NCBI GenBank assembly: GCA_040003695.1
Contig: JBDUCB010000332.1
Location: forward strand, 1-33,568
Direction of reading: 5' to 3'
Length of the DNA stretch: 33,568 bases
Source of the DNA: a bacterium
Lineage (GTDB): Bacteria > Acidobacteriota > Blastocatellia > Pyrinomonadales > Pyrinomonadaceae
Part shown: positions 16,350 through 25,345 of the stretch, piece by piece
Position numbering within the stretch: position 1 is the stretch's first letter
Layout: each line of letters begins with the position of its first letter
The notes under the pieces: generated by a model
What the model was told of the DNA's origin: nothing
The model's database searches: none
The model's input: only the letters and a program-made list of their open reading frames with translations
Program-made: the position numbers and the translations under genes

Positions 16350-19300
16350 ATGAGGAATTACTGCCTAAGGATTAGCACCGTTGGTCGCTTGGGAATAGTG
16401 ATGACCGTGCTCATCGTCTTGGCAAGCAATATGTTCGCCCAAACTCCAACGCCGACTCCCGATCAGCGCGGCCTGGGAATCCAAAGCGCGGGTAATGCAA
16501 ATAATTCTCAGGCTGAACAACAAGCACGAGAGGCTAAGCCGGAACTCGTGCTCCAAACGGGCTACAACAATTTGTTTGGCGCGACCCGGCTGGTCTTCAG
16601 TCCTGATGGACGCTTGCTCGCCACGACTAGCTTCCGCAGCAGCACCATCAAACTTTGGGAGACGGCGACCGGCCGCGAGCTGCGCAATCTCTCGAGCGGC
16701 ACACAAAGCGTGATGGCGACGTCTTCATTTGTTACCTTCAGCCCGGACAGCCGGCTGATTGCAACCGCCGCCGGCGACAACTCGGTCAAAATCTGGGACG
16801 TAACGAGTGGGCGCGAGTTGCAAACACTCGCCGGGTCGCAGGGGTCTCTTGCTTCGTCATTGGGAGTTTATTTCATTGCGTTCGTTGGAAACGGTCAGAT
16901 AGTGACCATCAGCGACGCCATAAAAGTTTGGGACGTAGCGAGTGGGCAGGAGCTGCGCAACCTGGGCTCGACCGGCATAAGCGTCACCGGTCTCACAGGT
17001 GGCGAAGGCGGCGCGGCACTAAGCCCGGATGGTAATCAACTCGCCATCGTAGTTACAGACTCATCGCGACCTCAGGTTAAATTTTTCGATGTGACAAGGG
17101 GCGGCGAGTTAAAAACAATCGACCTGCCTGACAAGGAGCTTGACAGCGCCCAGATCTCTTTCATGTCTGATGGCCGGGTGCTTGCGGCTGGGATCGTAAA
17201 CAAGCAGCTAAAGCTCTGGGACTTGAATGCGAAAACGAGTGAGCGCGATTTAGGTCGGACCACCAACGAGTACACTCCCATTAAATTCAGTCGCGACGGT
17301 CGCCAGGTTGCAGTGGTTGAAGGCTACACGGTCAGACGTTGGGACACCGCGAGCGGACAGGAGTTGCCGGCATTGAAAGTGCCGAACGGCGGCCTGCTCG
17401 CAATGCAGACTGGAACGTTCGTTAGCTTCAGTGACGATGGGAGACGATTTGCCACCGGTGGCTTTGATACGCCCACTGTCATCTGGGATACGGAAACCAG
17501 CAAACAACTTCTCAAACTGAACGGCCGCACGAACATGGCCTACAAGGTCAACTTCAGCGCGGATGGTACTCAACTGTCTTCCGGCGGACGCACTCGGTGG
17601 GACCTGCGTGCGGGTCGTGGACTGAGAATCACCACCGCGCCTGCCGACAGGATGATCACACTGCCAAGTCCCGACGGCTGGTTGCTTGCGGCCTACAGTC
17701 TGAACAGCAACGCGGTTTCAATTCTCGAAACTGCTACCGGACGCCAACTGCAAACACTCGCTCCCGCATCGGGCCGCAGCGTTGTGCAGCGGGCCAGTTT
17801 CAGTCCTGACAGCACAATGATCGTGGTAACTTACGGTCCCAGCGCCGACGACTTACAAAAAACTTCCCGCGGCCCACAGTCAGCGATGAGTGATAGTCCG
17901 ACAAAGATCTGGGAAGTGAAGTCCGGACGCGAACTTTCTACTTTGATGATGGGCGCGAGCGCCAACGATGCGGGCTTCAGCTCTGACGGACGCGTGGTGG
18001 CAACGCTCAGCTCAATGGGAACAATCTCGCTTTGGGACACTGCATCAGGAAACAAGTTACGAGATCTGAGTACTTCACCAATCGACAAAATGACTTCAAT
18101 CGGAAGCCTTGGCAACCTCGGCTCTCCCGGTTCAATGAAACCTGGCAAATCCGGTTCGATGCCGACCATGCCAAACATGTCGAATATGCCGAACATGACG
18201 AACATGCCAAACATGGCGGACATGATCTCGATGATTACGAACATGATGGGCTCAATGTCTGCGGGCACGATGGGACGCAGTGTAACTTCGCTGGCGTTTA
18301 GTCCTGACGGCCGCATCCTCGCAACGGGCGGTGTTGAGTCAAAGTCGAATTTTGATCTCGCCGCTATGATGAACGGTGGGGCGAACCAACCGGGGCAAAA
18401 GAAATCAAAGAACAAACCTCCGCCAGACCCGCAAGATGTCATGAAGGATATGAAGGTCGAAGCGGTGGGCCAGGTAGTGCTCTGGGATGTGGCCAGCGGC
18501 CGCGAACTGGGAGCACTCAAGGGACACGGCAAGGGTGTTACTCGAGTCGCATTCAGTCGCGATGGCCGGCTACTCGCATCGAGCGGTAGCGACAACACAA
18601 TCAAGATTTGGGACGTGGCCACTCGCAGCGAGCTGCGCACACTCAAGGGCCATACAACCAATATTGATTCGCTCGACTTCAGCCCTGACTCACGCCTGCT
18701 CGCTTCAGCCAGCGACGACGGCTCGACTTTTTTGTGGGACACCAATACAGGCGAACATTTGGTGACGCTTATCTCCCTCGACGATGGTGGTGAATGGATG
18801 GTGGTCACGCCGCAGGGTCTGTTTGACGGTACGCCGGTTTCCTGGAACCAGATTCTTTGGCGCTACAACCAGGACACTTTCAACGTCGCGCCCATCGAGT
18901 GGTTCTTCAATGAGTTTTATTATCCCGGCTTACTTGCTGACATTCTCGCCGGCAAGCGACCGCATGTGGCCCAGGATGTTTCCAAAAAAGATCGGCGCCA
19001 GCCACTTGTGAAATTATCACTCATTTCGGAAACCCCTGCGGCAGGCGGCGCCGCAGCCGACCCGACGGGGATAACTTCGCGCACGGCCAAAGTAAAAATC
19101 GAAGTAACCGATGCGCCAGCCGACAAAGATCATCTACAGGGCAGCGGCGCGCGTGATGTGCGTTTGTTTCGCAACGGTTCGCTGATAAAGGTTTGGCACG
19201 GCGACGTATTAGATGGGAAACCCTCCGTCACCTTGGAGGAAGAGATTACCGTCACCGCCGGAATTAACCGTCTGACGGCGTACGCTTTCAACAAAGATAA

Positions 19301-20285
19301 CGTGAAGAGTAAAGACGCGCAGTTGCCGCTTACCGGTGCCGAAACCCTCAAGCGTGCCGGCACTGCTTACATAATTGCTATAGGCATAAATGAGTATGCG
19401 AATCCGCAGTACAACTTGAAGTATGCGACGGCCGATGCGCAGAGCTTCAGTGAAGAGGTACGTCTCAGGCAAACACAAGTCGGAGCCATCCAGCGCATCG
19501 AGGTAGTCCCACTCATCAACGAAAATGCGACGAAAGCAAACATCCTTTCTGCCCTGCGGCGACTATCCGGTGCGCCTGAGCAGCCTACTCTCAAAGCGGG
19601 TAGTCTTAGTAACCTGCAGCGCGCCCAGCCCGAGGATACGGTCATTATTTACTTCGCCGGTCATGGCACCGCGCAAGCTCAGCGCTTCTATCTTATCCCG
19701 CATGATCTTGGCTACACGGGTGACCGTACCAAACTCAATGAAGCGGGATTGCGCACCATACTCGCAAACAGCATCTCTGATGAAGAGTTAGAGCAAGCCG
19801 TTGAAGGTCTCGACGCCGGACACCTGTTGCTGGTGATCGACGCCTGCAACTCGGGACAGGCATTGGAGGCTGAGGAGAAGCGCCGCGGGCCAATGAATTC
19901 AAAAGGTCTGGCCCAGCTTGCGTACGAGAAGGGCATGTACATTCTCACCGCCGCACAGAGTTATCAGGCAGCACTTGAAACCGCACAACTCGGTCATGGG
20001 TTGCTGACCTATGCCCTGGTCGAGGAGGGGCTCAAGACACTGGTTGCGGATAGCGGACCGAAGGATGGCGTGGTGAATGTGCGGGAGTGGCTCGACTTCG
20101 CGACGGAGCGCGTGCCGCAGATGCAGGAAGAAAAAATGAAACAAGCGCGCGGTATCGGTCTCGAGATCGCTTTCATTGAGGGTGAGCAAAACATCGCCGA
20201 CCCGCAGAAACGCAGCGTCCAGCGTCCGCGTGTTTTTTATCGCCGCGAGTTAGAGGCCAATCCCCTGATCGTCGCGAAGCCGTAA
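16350..20285 (+). CDS. Signal peptide, 14 WD40 repeats, beta-sandwich linker and a C-terminal caspase-like (peptidase C14) domain
   Basis: GAGGA RBS then ATG 16350. N-terminus MRNYCLRISTVGRLGIVMTVLIVLASNMFAQ. There are 14 repeats of type FSPDGRLLAT...IKLWD..TGRE. C14 dyad: YFAGHG (His codon 19662-19664) and VIDACNSG (Cys codon 19845-19847). Confidence 0.93.
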   Translation: MRNYCLRISTVGRLGIVMTVLIVLASNMFAQTPTPTPDQRGLGIQSAGNANNSQAEQQAREAKPELVLQTGYNNLFGATRLVFSPDGRLLATTSFRSSTIKLWETATGRELRNLSSGTQSVMATSSFVTFSPDSRLIATAAGDNSVKIWDVTSGRELQTLAGSQGSLASSLGVYFIAFVGNGQIVTISDAIKVWDVASGQELRNLGSTGISVTGLTGGEGGAALSPDGNQLAIVVTDSSRPQVKFFDVTRGGELKTIDLPDKELDSAQISFMSDGRVLAAGIVNKQLKLWDLNAKTSERDLGRTTNEYTPIKFSRDGRQVAVVEGYTVRRWDTASGQELPALKVPNGGLLAMQTGTFVSFSDDGRRFATGGFDTPTVIWDTETSKQLLKLNGRTNMAYKVNFSADGTQLSSGGRTRWDLRAGRGLRITTAPADRMITLPSPDGWLLAAYSLNSNAVSILETATGRQLQTLAPASGRSVVQRASFSPDSTMIVVTYGPSADDLQKTSRGPQSAMSDSPTKIWEVKSGRELSTLMMGASANDAGFSSDGRVVATLSSMGTISLWDTASGNKLRDLSTSPIDKMTSIGSLGNLGSPGSMKPGKSGSMPTMPNMSNMPNMTNMPNMADMISMITNMMGSMSAGTMGRSVTSLAFSPDGRILATGGVESKSNFDLAAMMNGGANQPGQKKSKNKPPPDPQDVMKDMKVEAVGQVVLWDVASGRELGALKGHGKGVTRVAFSRDGRLLASSGSDNTIKIWDVATRSELRTLKGHTTNIDSLDFSPDSRLLASASDDGSTFLWDTNTGEHLVTLISLDDGGEWMVVTPQGLFDGTPVSWNQILWRYNQDTFNVAPIEWFFNEFYYPGLLADILAGKRPHVAQDVSKKDRRQPLVKLSLISETPAAGGAAADPTGITSRTAKVKIEVTDAPADKDHLQGSGARDVRLFRNGSLIKVWHGDVLDGKPSVTLEEEITVTAGINRLTAYAFNKDNVKSKDAQLPLTGAETLKRAGTAYIIAIGINEYANPQYNLKYATADAQSFSEEVRLRQTQVGAIQRIEVVPLINENATKANILSALRRLSGAPEQPTLKAGSLSNLQRAQPEDTVIIYFAGHGTAQAQRFYLIPHDLGYTGDRTKLNEAGLRTILANSISDEELEQAVEGLDAGHLLLVIDACNSGQALEAEEKRRGPMNSKGLAQLAYEKGMYILTAAQSYQAALETAQLGHGLLTYALVEEGLKTLVADSGPKDGVVNVREWLDFATERVPQMQEEKMKQARGIGLEIAFIEGEQNIADPQKRSVQRPRVFYRRELEANPLIVAKP
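18168..18221 (+). repeat. Three tandem 18-bp coding repeats (ATGCCRAACATGNCGRAY) encoding MPNM(S/T/A)(N/D)
   Basis: Units at 18168-18185, 18186-18203 and 18204-18221. They sit inside a Met-rich loop (18135-18272) of the WD40 protein. Confidence 0.85.
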
Positions 20286-20430
20286 CGTGACTTTGGTTCA
20301 AAAATCTCACCGGGCGAAGGACCAGCTATTTGCTGCTTACCTTCCTCCTGAAGCTGTGTACATCATCCACAGGAGAAGGTGACACCCATGGGGATCCCGT
20401 TCTTCGAGACTACGTGCGAAGTCCGTGCAG

Positions 20431-20718
20431 CTAATTACATTTACAATCAGATCCTTTGCCACCGTGATTTTCTGCATAGTTGTCGGCGTCTGAGAGGTAG
20501 TCGAATTCGGCAAGCTGACAGACATTCGAGCCGCGTGCATTCTTTTCCTGCTCCAGAGTGCGCTGCTCGACCTCTATCTTGTTATTGGCACAGAAAACCC
20601 TGTACTTTGAGTCTTCGTGAATGGTCTTTGGCGCGGACGTCGGTGCGCCAAACACAGTAAACAAGGCAATAAGCAGAGTCAGTCCAATTCCTAATAGCAG
20701 GTGTACAGGCTTTTTCAT
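20431..20718 (-). CDS. Small secreted Cys-containing hypothetical protein (95 aa)
   Basis: AAGGAG RBS 6 nt before ATG 20718. Signal peptide MKKPVHLLLGIGLTLLIALFTVFGAP. Four Cys in the mature part, ending in CKCN. Confidence 0.6.
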   Translation of the reverse strand: MKKPVHLLLGIGLTLLIALFTVFGAPTSAPKTIHEDSKYRVFCANNKIEVEQRTLEQEKNARGSNVCQLAEFDYLSDADNYAENHGGKGSDCKCN

Positions 20719-20982
20719 AGGATGCTCCTTACCGAAAGAAATTGCCAATAGCGATTCGCGGTTTCTACCCTTGTTCGATGCCCCATGTCAACTACTTATG
20801 ATTCTGCTCAGGCGGCCAAGACAAACAGCACGAGTAACTGTGTGGGAGAGTAGAAGGTCGCCGGGATTATTTAAATGATCGATAGTCAAGTGAGTGATCG
20901 GCCGGGCGCTTCAATTATTATTTCATGAGATTGGAAATGCCGAAGAGGGATGGTTGATCTCGTCTCATACGCTGACAGATCG

Positions 20983-21489
20983 CTACGTAGTTGTTAACCA
21001 GCTTGTTCTTAGTGTTGGAGGCCGCATCAGGGTTCTCATGACAACACAGTACTGTTCCGTTTTCTCTTTCAGAGTCGCCAATTCTTCCGCTGAAGCATGC
21101 GGTGCGCTTATGTCGAATCTGGCACGAATGTCCTGGAAACCGACGGGCACATCTTTTGAAATTCCCAGAGTTCCTCGAAGATCCATCTCTCCTTCCACCT
21201 CTACCTGAATGTTCTCAACTGGGATTGCCATAGCAGTAGCGACGAGTTGACAGGTCAACTGCGCACAAGCTGCTAGCGCTCCCAGCAGAAGGTCACCCGA
21301 GCAAGCAGCAGTCCCCGATCCTCCGACGCCATGATGAGCTTGTGCGGCAAAAATCGCCTGCCCCACTTCGACAGAGCAGGCAACCGGCGTATCCGATTGA
21401 GAACTATTAGCTTTTAGTGTAATACGCGAGCTATTAGGGTCGCTACGGTATTTTTCTTTCAGAGGTTTCTGGACTGATCGAATATCCAT
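20983..21489 (-). CDS. OsmC/Ohr family peroxiredoxin-like protein
   Basis: GTAACSGDLLLGALAACAQLTC and EKTEQYCVVMRTL carry the two conserved OsmC cysteines in the usual context. Confidence 0.88.
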   Translation of the reverse strand: MDIRSVQKPLKEKYRSDPNSSRITLKANSSQSDTPVACSVEVGQAIFAAQAHHGVGGSGTAACSGDLLLGALAACAQLTCQLVATAMAIPVENIQVEVEGEMDLRGTLGISKDVPVGFQDIRARFDISAPHASAEELATLKEKTEQYCVVMRTLMRPPTLRTSWLTTT

Positions 21490-21494
21490 GGTTT

Positions 21495-21770
21495 CTAGTC
21501 CTCAGAGGTTGTCGGATCAATAATGGTCTTAACGCGGGCAACGTGATTAGCTGGGAACCCGCCCAGGCGAGCGTGCTCAAGCACCAGCTCCTCATTCGGA
21601 GCTACGTAGATGCAATAAATCTTATTGTCGGTAACATAACTCTGAATCCACTGAATCTGAGGTCCCAACTGATTCAGCACATTGCAGGATCGCACCGAGA
21701 GAGTTTTTAACTCAGAGGGCGTCATATTACTGGCGCCGGGCACTACACGCTCGATAACATACTTTGGCAT
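21495..21770 (-). CDS. DUF4242 domain protein
   Basis: MPKYVIERVVPGASNMTPSELK...GPQIQWIQSYVTDNKIYCIYVAPNEELVLEHARLGGFPAN is the characteristic DUF4242 pattern. It ends 5 nt before the OsmC start. Confidence 0.8.
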   Translation of the reverse strand: MPKYVIERVVPGASNMTPSELKTLSVRSCNVLNQLGPQIQWIQSYVTDNKIYCIYVAPNEELVLEHARLGGFPANHVARVKTIIDPTTSED

Positions 21771-21837
21771 TCAGGTTTCTCCATTCCATTTTTTGGGCGG
21801 TTGATTCCGCGAGGTTGGGCTGGTGGTTACGTAACTC

Positions 21838-24066
21838 TCACTGTAAGTCGGCCACCAGTTGTTGAAACTCTACCTCACCGCGCATCCCATCAAACGAGCT
21901 GTCAGTTTTCGCCCATTGTGCTACGGTTCTGAACCCGCTTTCAAAAGCGCGCCGAAGTGAAATGAGCGCCGCAGGTTTTTCGCCGAGCAGCGCATAGGCA
22001 CAAGAACAATTGTAGATTGCCAGCCCATCATTCGGCTGCAGCTCCAAGACTCGTTTGAGCGTTGCATGAGCTTCCTCCTTACTTCCGAACCGAGCGTATG
22101 CTTCGGCAAGTCTGCTCATTACGTTAATGTCATCAAGACTCGCCTCGAGCTTTCGAGAAGTAACCTCGATGACCTTTAGCGCAGCTTCTTCGGCCGCTTT
22201 AATGTTTGCCAGCTTTCGATGAACGCCGACAAGAAATCTCCACGGGTCTTCATCGTAAGGCTTTAATTCTGTCGCCCTACGATAATACTTCAGTGCGCAA
22301 TCCAAGTCGCCCGAGAGTTCTGCAATCATTCCCAGGCGGAGGAAGCCAGGGTAGAACTTAGAGTTCTCTTTCAGAATTGCTTCGATTGTGCGTTTCGACT
22401 CGGAGAACCTTCTTTGATGGAAATAAAGCATCGCGATGCCAAACTGAGCTTCTATTGAAGTAGGATCCAGCATCAAGGCTTTCTGATTCATCTCTATGGC
22501 TTTGGCCAGCCAAATAGAGTTCCCATCGTACCATTCGTACATCTGCGAGTACGCTTCGGCCAGGCCGGCGTATGAAGAGGCAAAGTGGGCGTCGATAGCG
22601 AGAGCATCCTGAAACATTTGGATTGCGCTCTCAGTATTCGTCTTTCCCTTTAGAAACAAAAGCTCTCTGCCGCGCATGTACAAATCATAGGCTCTCAAAT
22701 CATCTGTAGGTTTCCTGTTAAGCAGTTGTCTCTCCGCATCCGTCAGGGAAATCTTTAGCGCATCAACGATTTTTTGCGAAACTTCATTTTGCAGATCGAA
22801 GATGTCGTCGACCAGACGATCAAAACGTTCAGCCCAAAGCTGATAACCATCTCGAAGGTTGATGAGTTGTGCCGTGATACGGATCTTATTACCTGCCTTC
22901 CGAACACTTCCCTCCAAAATGTAGTTTACGCGAAGCGCTTCACCCACGTGCCGTGTATTTACCTCCTTATTCCGGAAAGGAAGCACGTCAGTTCGCGAGA
23001 CCACTTTCAATTCATTAATCTTTGAGAGGTCCGTAATAATGTCCTCGGTCATGCCCGCACAGAAGTAGTCGCTGTCGTTTTCCGAGTTCATATTTTCAAA
23101 GTAGAGTACGGCAATCGACTTCTCGGGAATCGGCGATGACTTTCCCGAATCCTGTGTTGTATTGGTGGTTACCTTTTTAAGAGAAACCGTAGCAGATTCT
23201 TCCTTCAGATAGCTCTTCAGGTCTTTGAGGTCGATAAACAAGTCCTTGACAGTCTGGTACCGTTCCTCGCGGTCCTTTCGCAACGCGCGGTAGACAATAC
23301 GTTCAAACTCGCGCGGTACTTCCAGCATGGGAGATGCAAGTGAATCAGGATCACGATTCAGGATGTCTGATAGCACATCCAGGGGCGTTGCACCCGGAAA
23401 CGCCTGACGGCCCGAAATCATTTCGTACAGGACACAGCCCAGACTCCAAATGTCTGTGCGGGCATCTACAGCAATTCCCCTGGCCTGTTCGGGTGACATG
23501 TACTGAGCTGTGCCAAGAATGACACCTCCCTCAGTCTTAAAGAAGCCTTGCGTTGGCGCCTGCGAGTCCGAATGAGCACCCCACCGATCTCGAGCAAGTT
23601 TGGCTAGACCAAAGTCCAGGACTTTCACAATGCCATCGCGGCGCAGCATGATGTTCTCTGGCTTAATGTCGCGATGCACAATGCCGACGCTATGAGTCAC
23701 ACACAAAGCACCGGCTACTTGAATAGCGACATCGATCGCGTCGCCAGGCTTAACCGGCCCGCTCCTTAGCAGGTCGCGCAGCGTCTCGCCGTCGATGAAC
23801 TCGGTCGCGATGAAATTCTGTGAATCTATCTCGTCGATTTCGTAGATCGTGAGAATGTTTGGATGGTTCAGTGCGGAAGCAGCCTTCGCCTCTTGAATGA
23901 AACGACGCACCAGATCATGGTTTCCGACGTCGGCCGGCAGAATCTTTAAAGCGACTTTGCGATCCAGCTTCGTATCATGCGCGAGGTAAACCTCACCCAT
24001 TCCACCTGCTCCAAGTTTGGAGTGGACTTCGTAGCGGCCAATTCTTTTGCCTGTAAAAATCGCCAA
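21838..24066 (-). CDS. Ser/Thr protein kinase, TolB_N-like domain, TPR repeats (no TM segment)
   Basis: GAGGMGEVY, VALK, HRDIKPENIM, DFGLA and YMSPEQ. Then IAVLYFENMNSENDSDYFCAGMTEDIITDLS...YILEGSVRKAGNKIRITAQLINLRDGYQLWAERFDR. Then about 7 TPR-like repeats. Start is TTG 24066. Confidence 0.93.
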   Translation of the reverse strand: MAIFTGKRIGRYEVHSKLGAGGMGEVYLAHDTKLDRKVALKILPADVGNHDLVRRFIQEAKAASALNHPNILTIYEIDEIDSQNFIATEFIDGETLRDLLRSGPVKPGDAIDVAIQVAGALCVTHSVGIVHRDIKPENIMLRRDGIVKVLDFGLAKLARDRWGAHSDSQAPTQGFFKTEGGVILGTAQYMSPEQARGIAVDARTDIWSLGCVLYEMISGRQAFPGATPLDVLSDILNRDPDSLASPMLEVPREFERIVYRALRKDREERYQTVKDLFIDLKDLKSYLKEESATVSLKKVTTNTTQDSGKSSPIPEKSIAVLYFENMNSENDSDYFCAGMTEDIITDLSKINELKVVSRTDVLPFRNKEVNTRHVGEALRVNYILEGSVRKAGNKIRITAQLINLRDGYQLWAERFDRLVDDIFDLQNEVSQKIVDALKISLTDAERQLLNRKPTDDLRAYDLYMRGRELLFLKGKTNTESAIQMFQDALAIDAHFASSYAGLAEAYSQMYEWYDGNSIWLAKAIEMNQKALMLDPTSIEAQFGIAMLYFHQRRFSESKRTIEAILKENSKFYPGFLRLGMIAELSGDLDCALKYYRRATELKPYDEDPWRFLVGVHRKLANIKAAEEAALKVIEVTSRKLEASLDDINVMSRLAEAYARFGSKEEAHATLKRVLELQPNDGLAIYNCSCAYALLGEKPAALISLRRAFESGFRTVAQWAKTDSSFDGMRGEVEFQQLVADLQ

Positions 24067-24344
24067 GCAGCAACTTCGGGGGATTTCTGGGTCAAGTGTT
24101 TAGAAACGCAGGCATTGTAGAGTAGTTCGCTGTTGCCGCGCTAGCATCGCTACTTTGTTCGACCAGTTTCGGGAGGTGCCTCTCCTCCAATCCTTTTCAA
24201 CTGCACGTCCTGCTTTATCTCCGCTGGCACCCTTGCCAAGCTGCGAGTATTGGTAGCATTGGCGCAGAGTCTTCGAATTCAAATGGAATGTGCCCTGTTT
24301 TAGCCTTCTATTAACAGTATTCGTAACGTAACAGGGGGGCACCA

Positions 24345-24590
24345 ATGCCTGAACTAGCTAATGAAAAAGTCCATGTCCGAAAATTGGCTCGCGCTTACAT
24401 AGCGCTCGCTTTGGCCCAGGACGAGGCGAAGCGCCACGTCTGGAAGCATTCCGCGCAAGCGGATTTTCTCCCACTTCTCACTAGTCTCGATATAGCGGCG
24501 GGTTTGTTGGAAGAAATATTAGAGAACTCTATGCCGGAACCAGTTCCATCGCCTTCGTCGTCGATAACATGTTCAAACATGCTGATGTGA
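24345..24590 (+). CDS. Possible small helical hypothetical protein (81 aa)
   Basis: ATG ORF with helical-looking composition and no recognisable family. It overlaps an equally long antisense ORF. Confidence 0.25.
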   Translation: MPELANEKVHVRKLARAYIALALAQDEAKRHVWKHSAQADFLPLLTSLDIAAGLLEEILENSMPEPVPSPSSSITCSNMLM

Positions 24591-24880
24591 AACAAAGAGT
24601 ACGAGCAGACAGTCTTTCGCCTGGTCACTCTAATTGCCCTCGACACACTTTCGACCAGGCAATCTCAGCAATCATTCTGAACGGACTCTCAGATTGACCG
24701 TTCATCTTGAATTCATTCAAATTCGTGCGCATCAATCAGCGAATGTACTCCGCCGCCTTTTGTCCGAATTATTCAACAAATTCGTGTTCCTTGTTTTTTG
24801 TGCATTGTGGTATGCGGGGTGATAAGGCTAACAAGCGCGCCGCCGACTTCTGCGGCATTTCAACGCTTAAGGAGAAAGAC

Positions 24881-25090
24881 ATGCGAATCATCTGCGACCA
24901 CTGCGACCGTCCAATCTCCGGAACAGTCAAGCAATTGGCAGGAAACCTTAACCTCCATCCTGATTGCATGGCTGAACTCTCTAAAGAGACAAAACACAAA
25001 CCAACCATGGTCTCATTGCTGGGTCAGGAGTCTTCAGTCAGCGCACTGGAGTGCAGCGCTGCGCCGAGCGTTTCGATGGAGATGGAGTAG
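24881..25090 (+). CDS. Small zinc-ribbon-like protein (69 aa; CxxC...HxxC)
   Basis: AAGGAG at 24869-24874, 6 nt before ATG 24881. MRIICDHCDRPISGTVKQLAGNLNLHPDCMAEL gives C6, C9, H26 and C29 as candidate Zn ligands. Confidence 0.55.
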   Translation: MRIICDHCDRPISGTVKQLAGNLNLHPDCMAELSKETKHKPTMVSLLGQESSVSALECSAAPSVSMEME

Positions 25091-25123
25091 CACTCGCCCC
25101 CGGTTGTACCGGAAAGAAATTGT

Positions 25124-25318
25124 ATGTTTGCCATAAGGATTTATGTCACCGGACTCACGCTGACCTTTCTTGTCGTCGCTGCTATGACGGTTGGAATCAG
25201 GGTTCTTGAAGGCACGGTAGTTGTCTGCCCACTGCTATACATGATTATGGACATCAGAGAAGAGTTACGAAGCTTAAGACAGCTTGAGGCTCGGGTTTTA
25301 TCCATTTCACGGCGATAA
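25124..25318 (+). CDS. Small membrane protein (64 aa) with a charged amphipathic tail
   Basis: The hydrophobic stretch IYVTGLTLTFLVVAAMTVGI and a second one, VVVCPLLYMIM, are followed by DIREELRSLRQLEARVL. It lies 33 nt after the previous gene and 27 nt before the next. Confidence 0.45.
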   Translation: MFAIRIYVTGLTLTFLVVAAMTVGIRVLEGTVVVCPLLYMIMDIREELRSLRQLEARVLSISRR

Positions 25319-25345
25319 CGTTCGCCGGCTTGGCGATTCAAAAAT

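Noticed and set aside
18168-18221. Short tandem repeats, considered as a possible CRISPR or other array
   Set aside because: The repeats are contiguous 18-bp in-frame coding units with no spacers. No repeat-spacer architecture occurs anywhere in the window.
17831-18808. 325-aa minus-strand ORF antisense to the WD40-caspase gene. Similar shadow ORFs occur at 15438-15992 and 26785-27333.
   Set aside because: The plus-strand frame has clear WD40 periodicity. The antisense products are Ser/Pro/Arg-rich with no motifs. These are typical shadow ORFs.
20339-20380. Hairpin ACCTTCCTCCTG...CAGGAGAAGGT (11 bp with one bulge) between the convergent WD40-caspase gene and the small secreted protein gene
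   Set aside because: It could be a bidirectional terminator, but it has a 19-nt loop and no U-tract on either strand. That is not enough to call it.
20894-21208. 104-aa plus-strand ORF overlapping the OsmC gene
   Set aside because: It is antisense to a clearly recognisable OsmC coding sequence and has no motifs.
24395-24646. 83-aa minus-strand ORF overlapping the 81-aa plus-strand ORF 24345-24590
   Set aside because: Neither has family support. The plus-strand one is slightly more protein-like and is kept only at low confidence. The minus one is Ser/Arg-rich.
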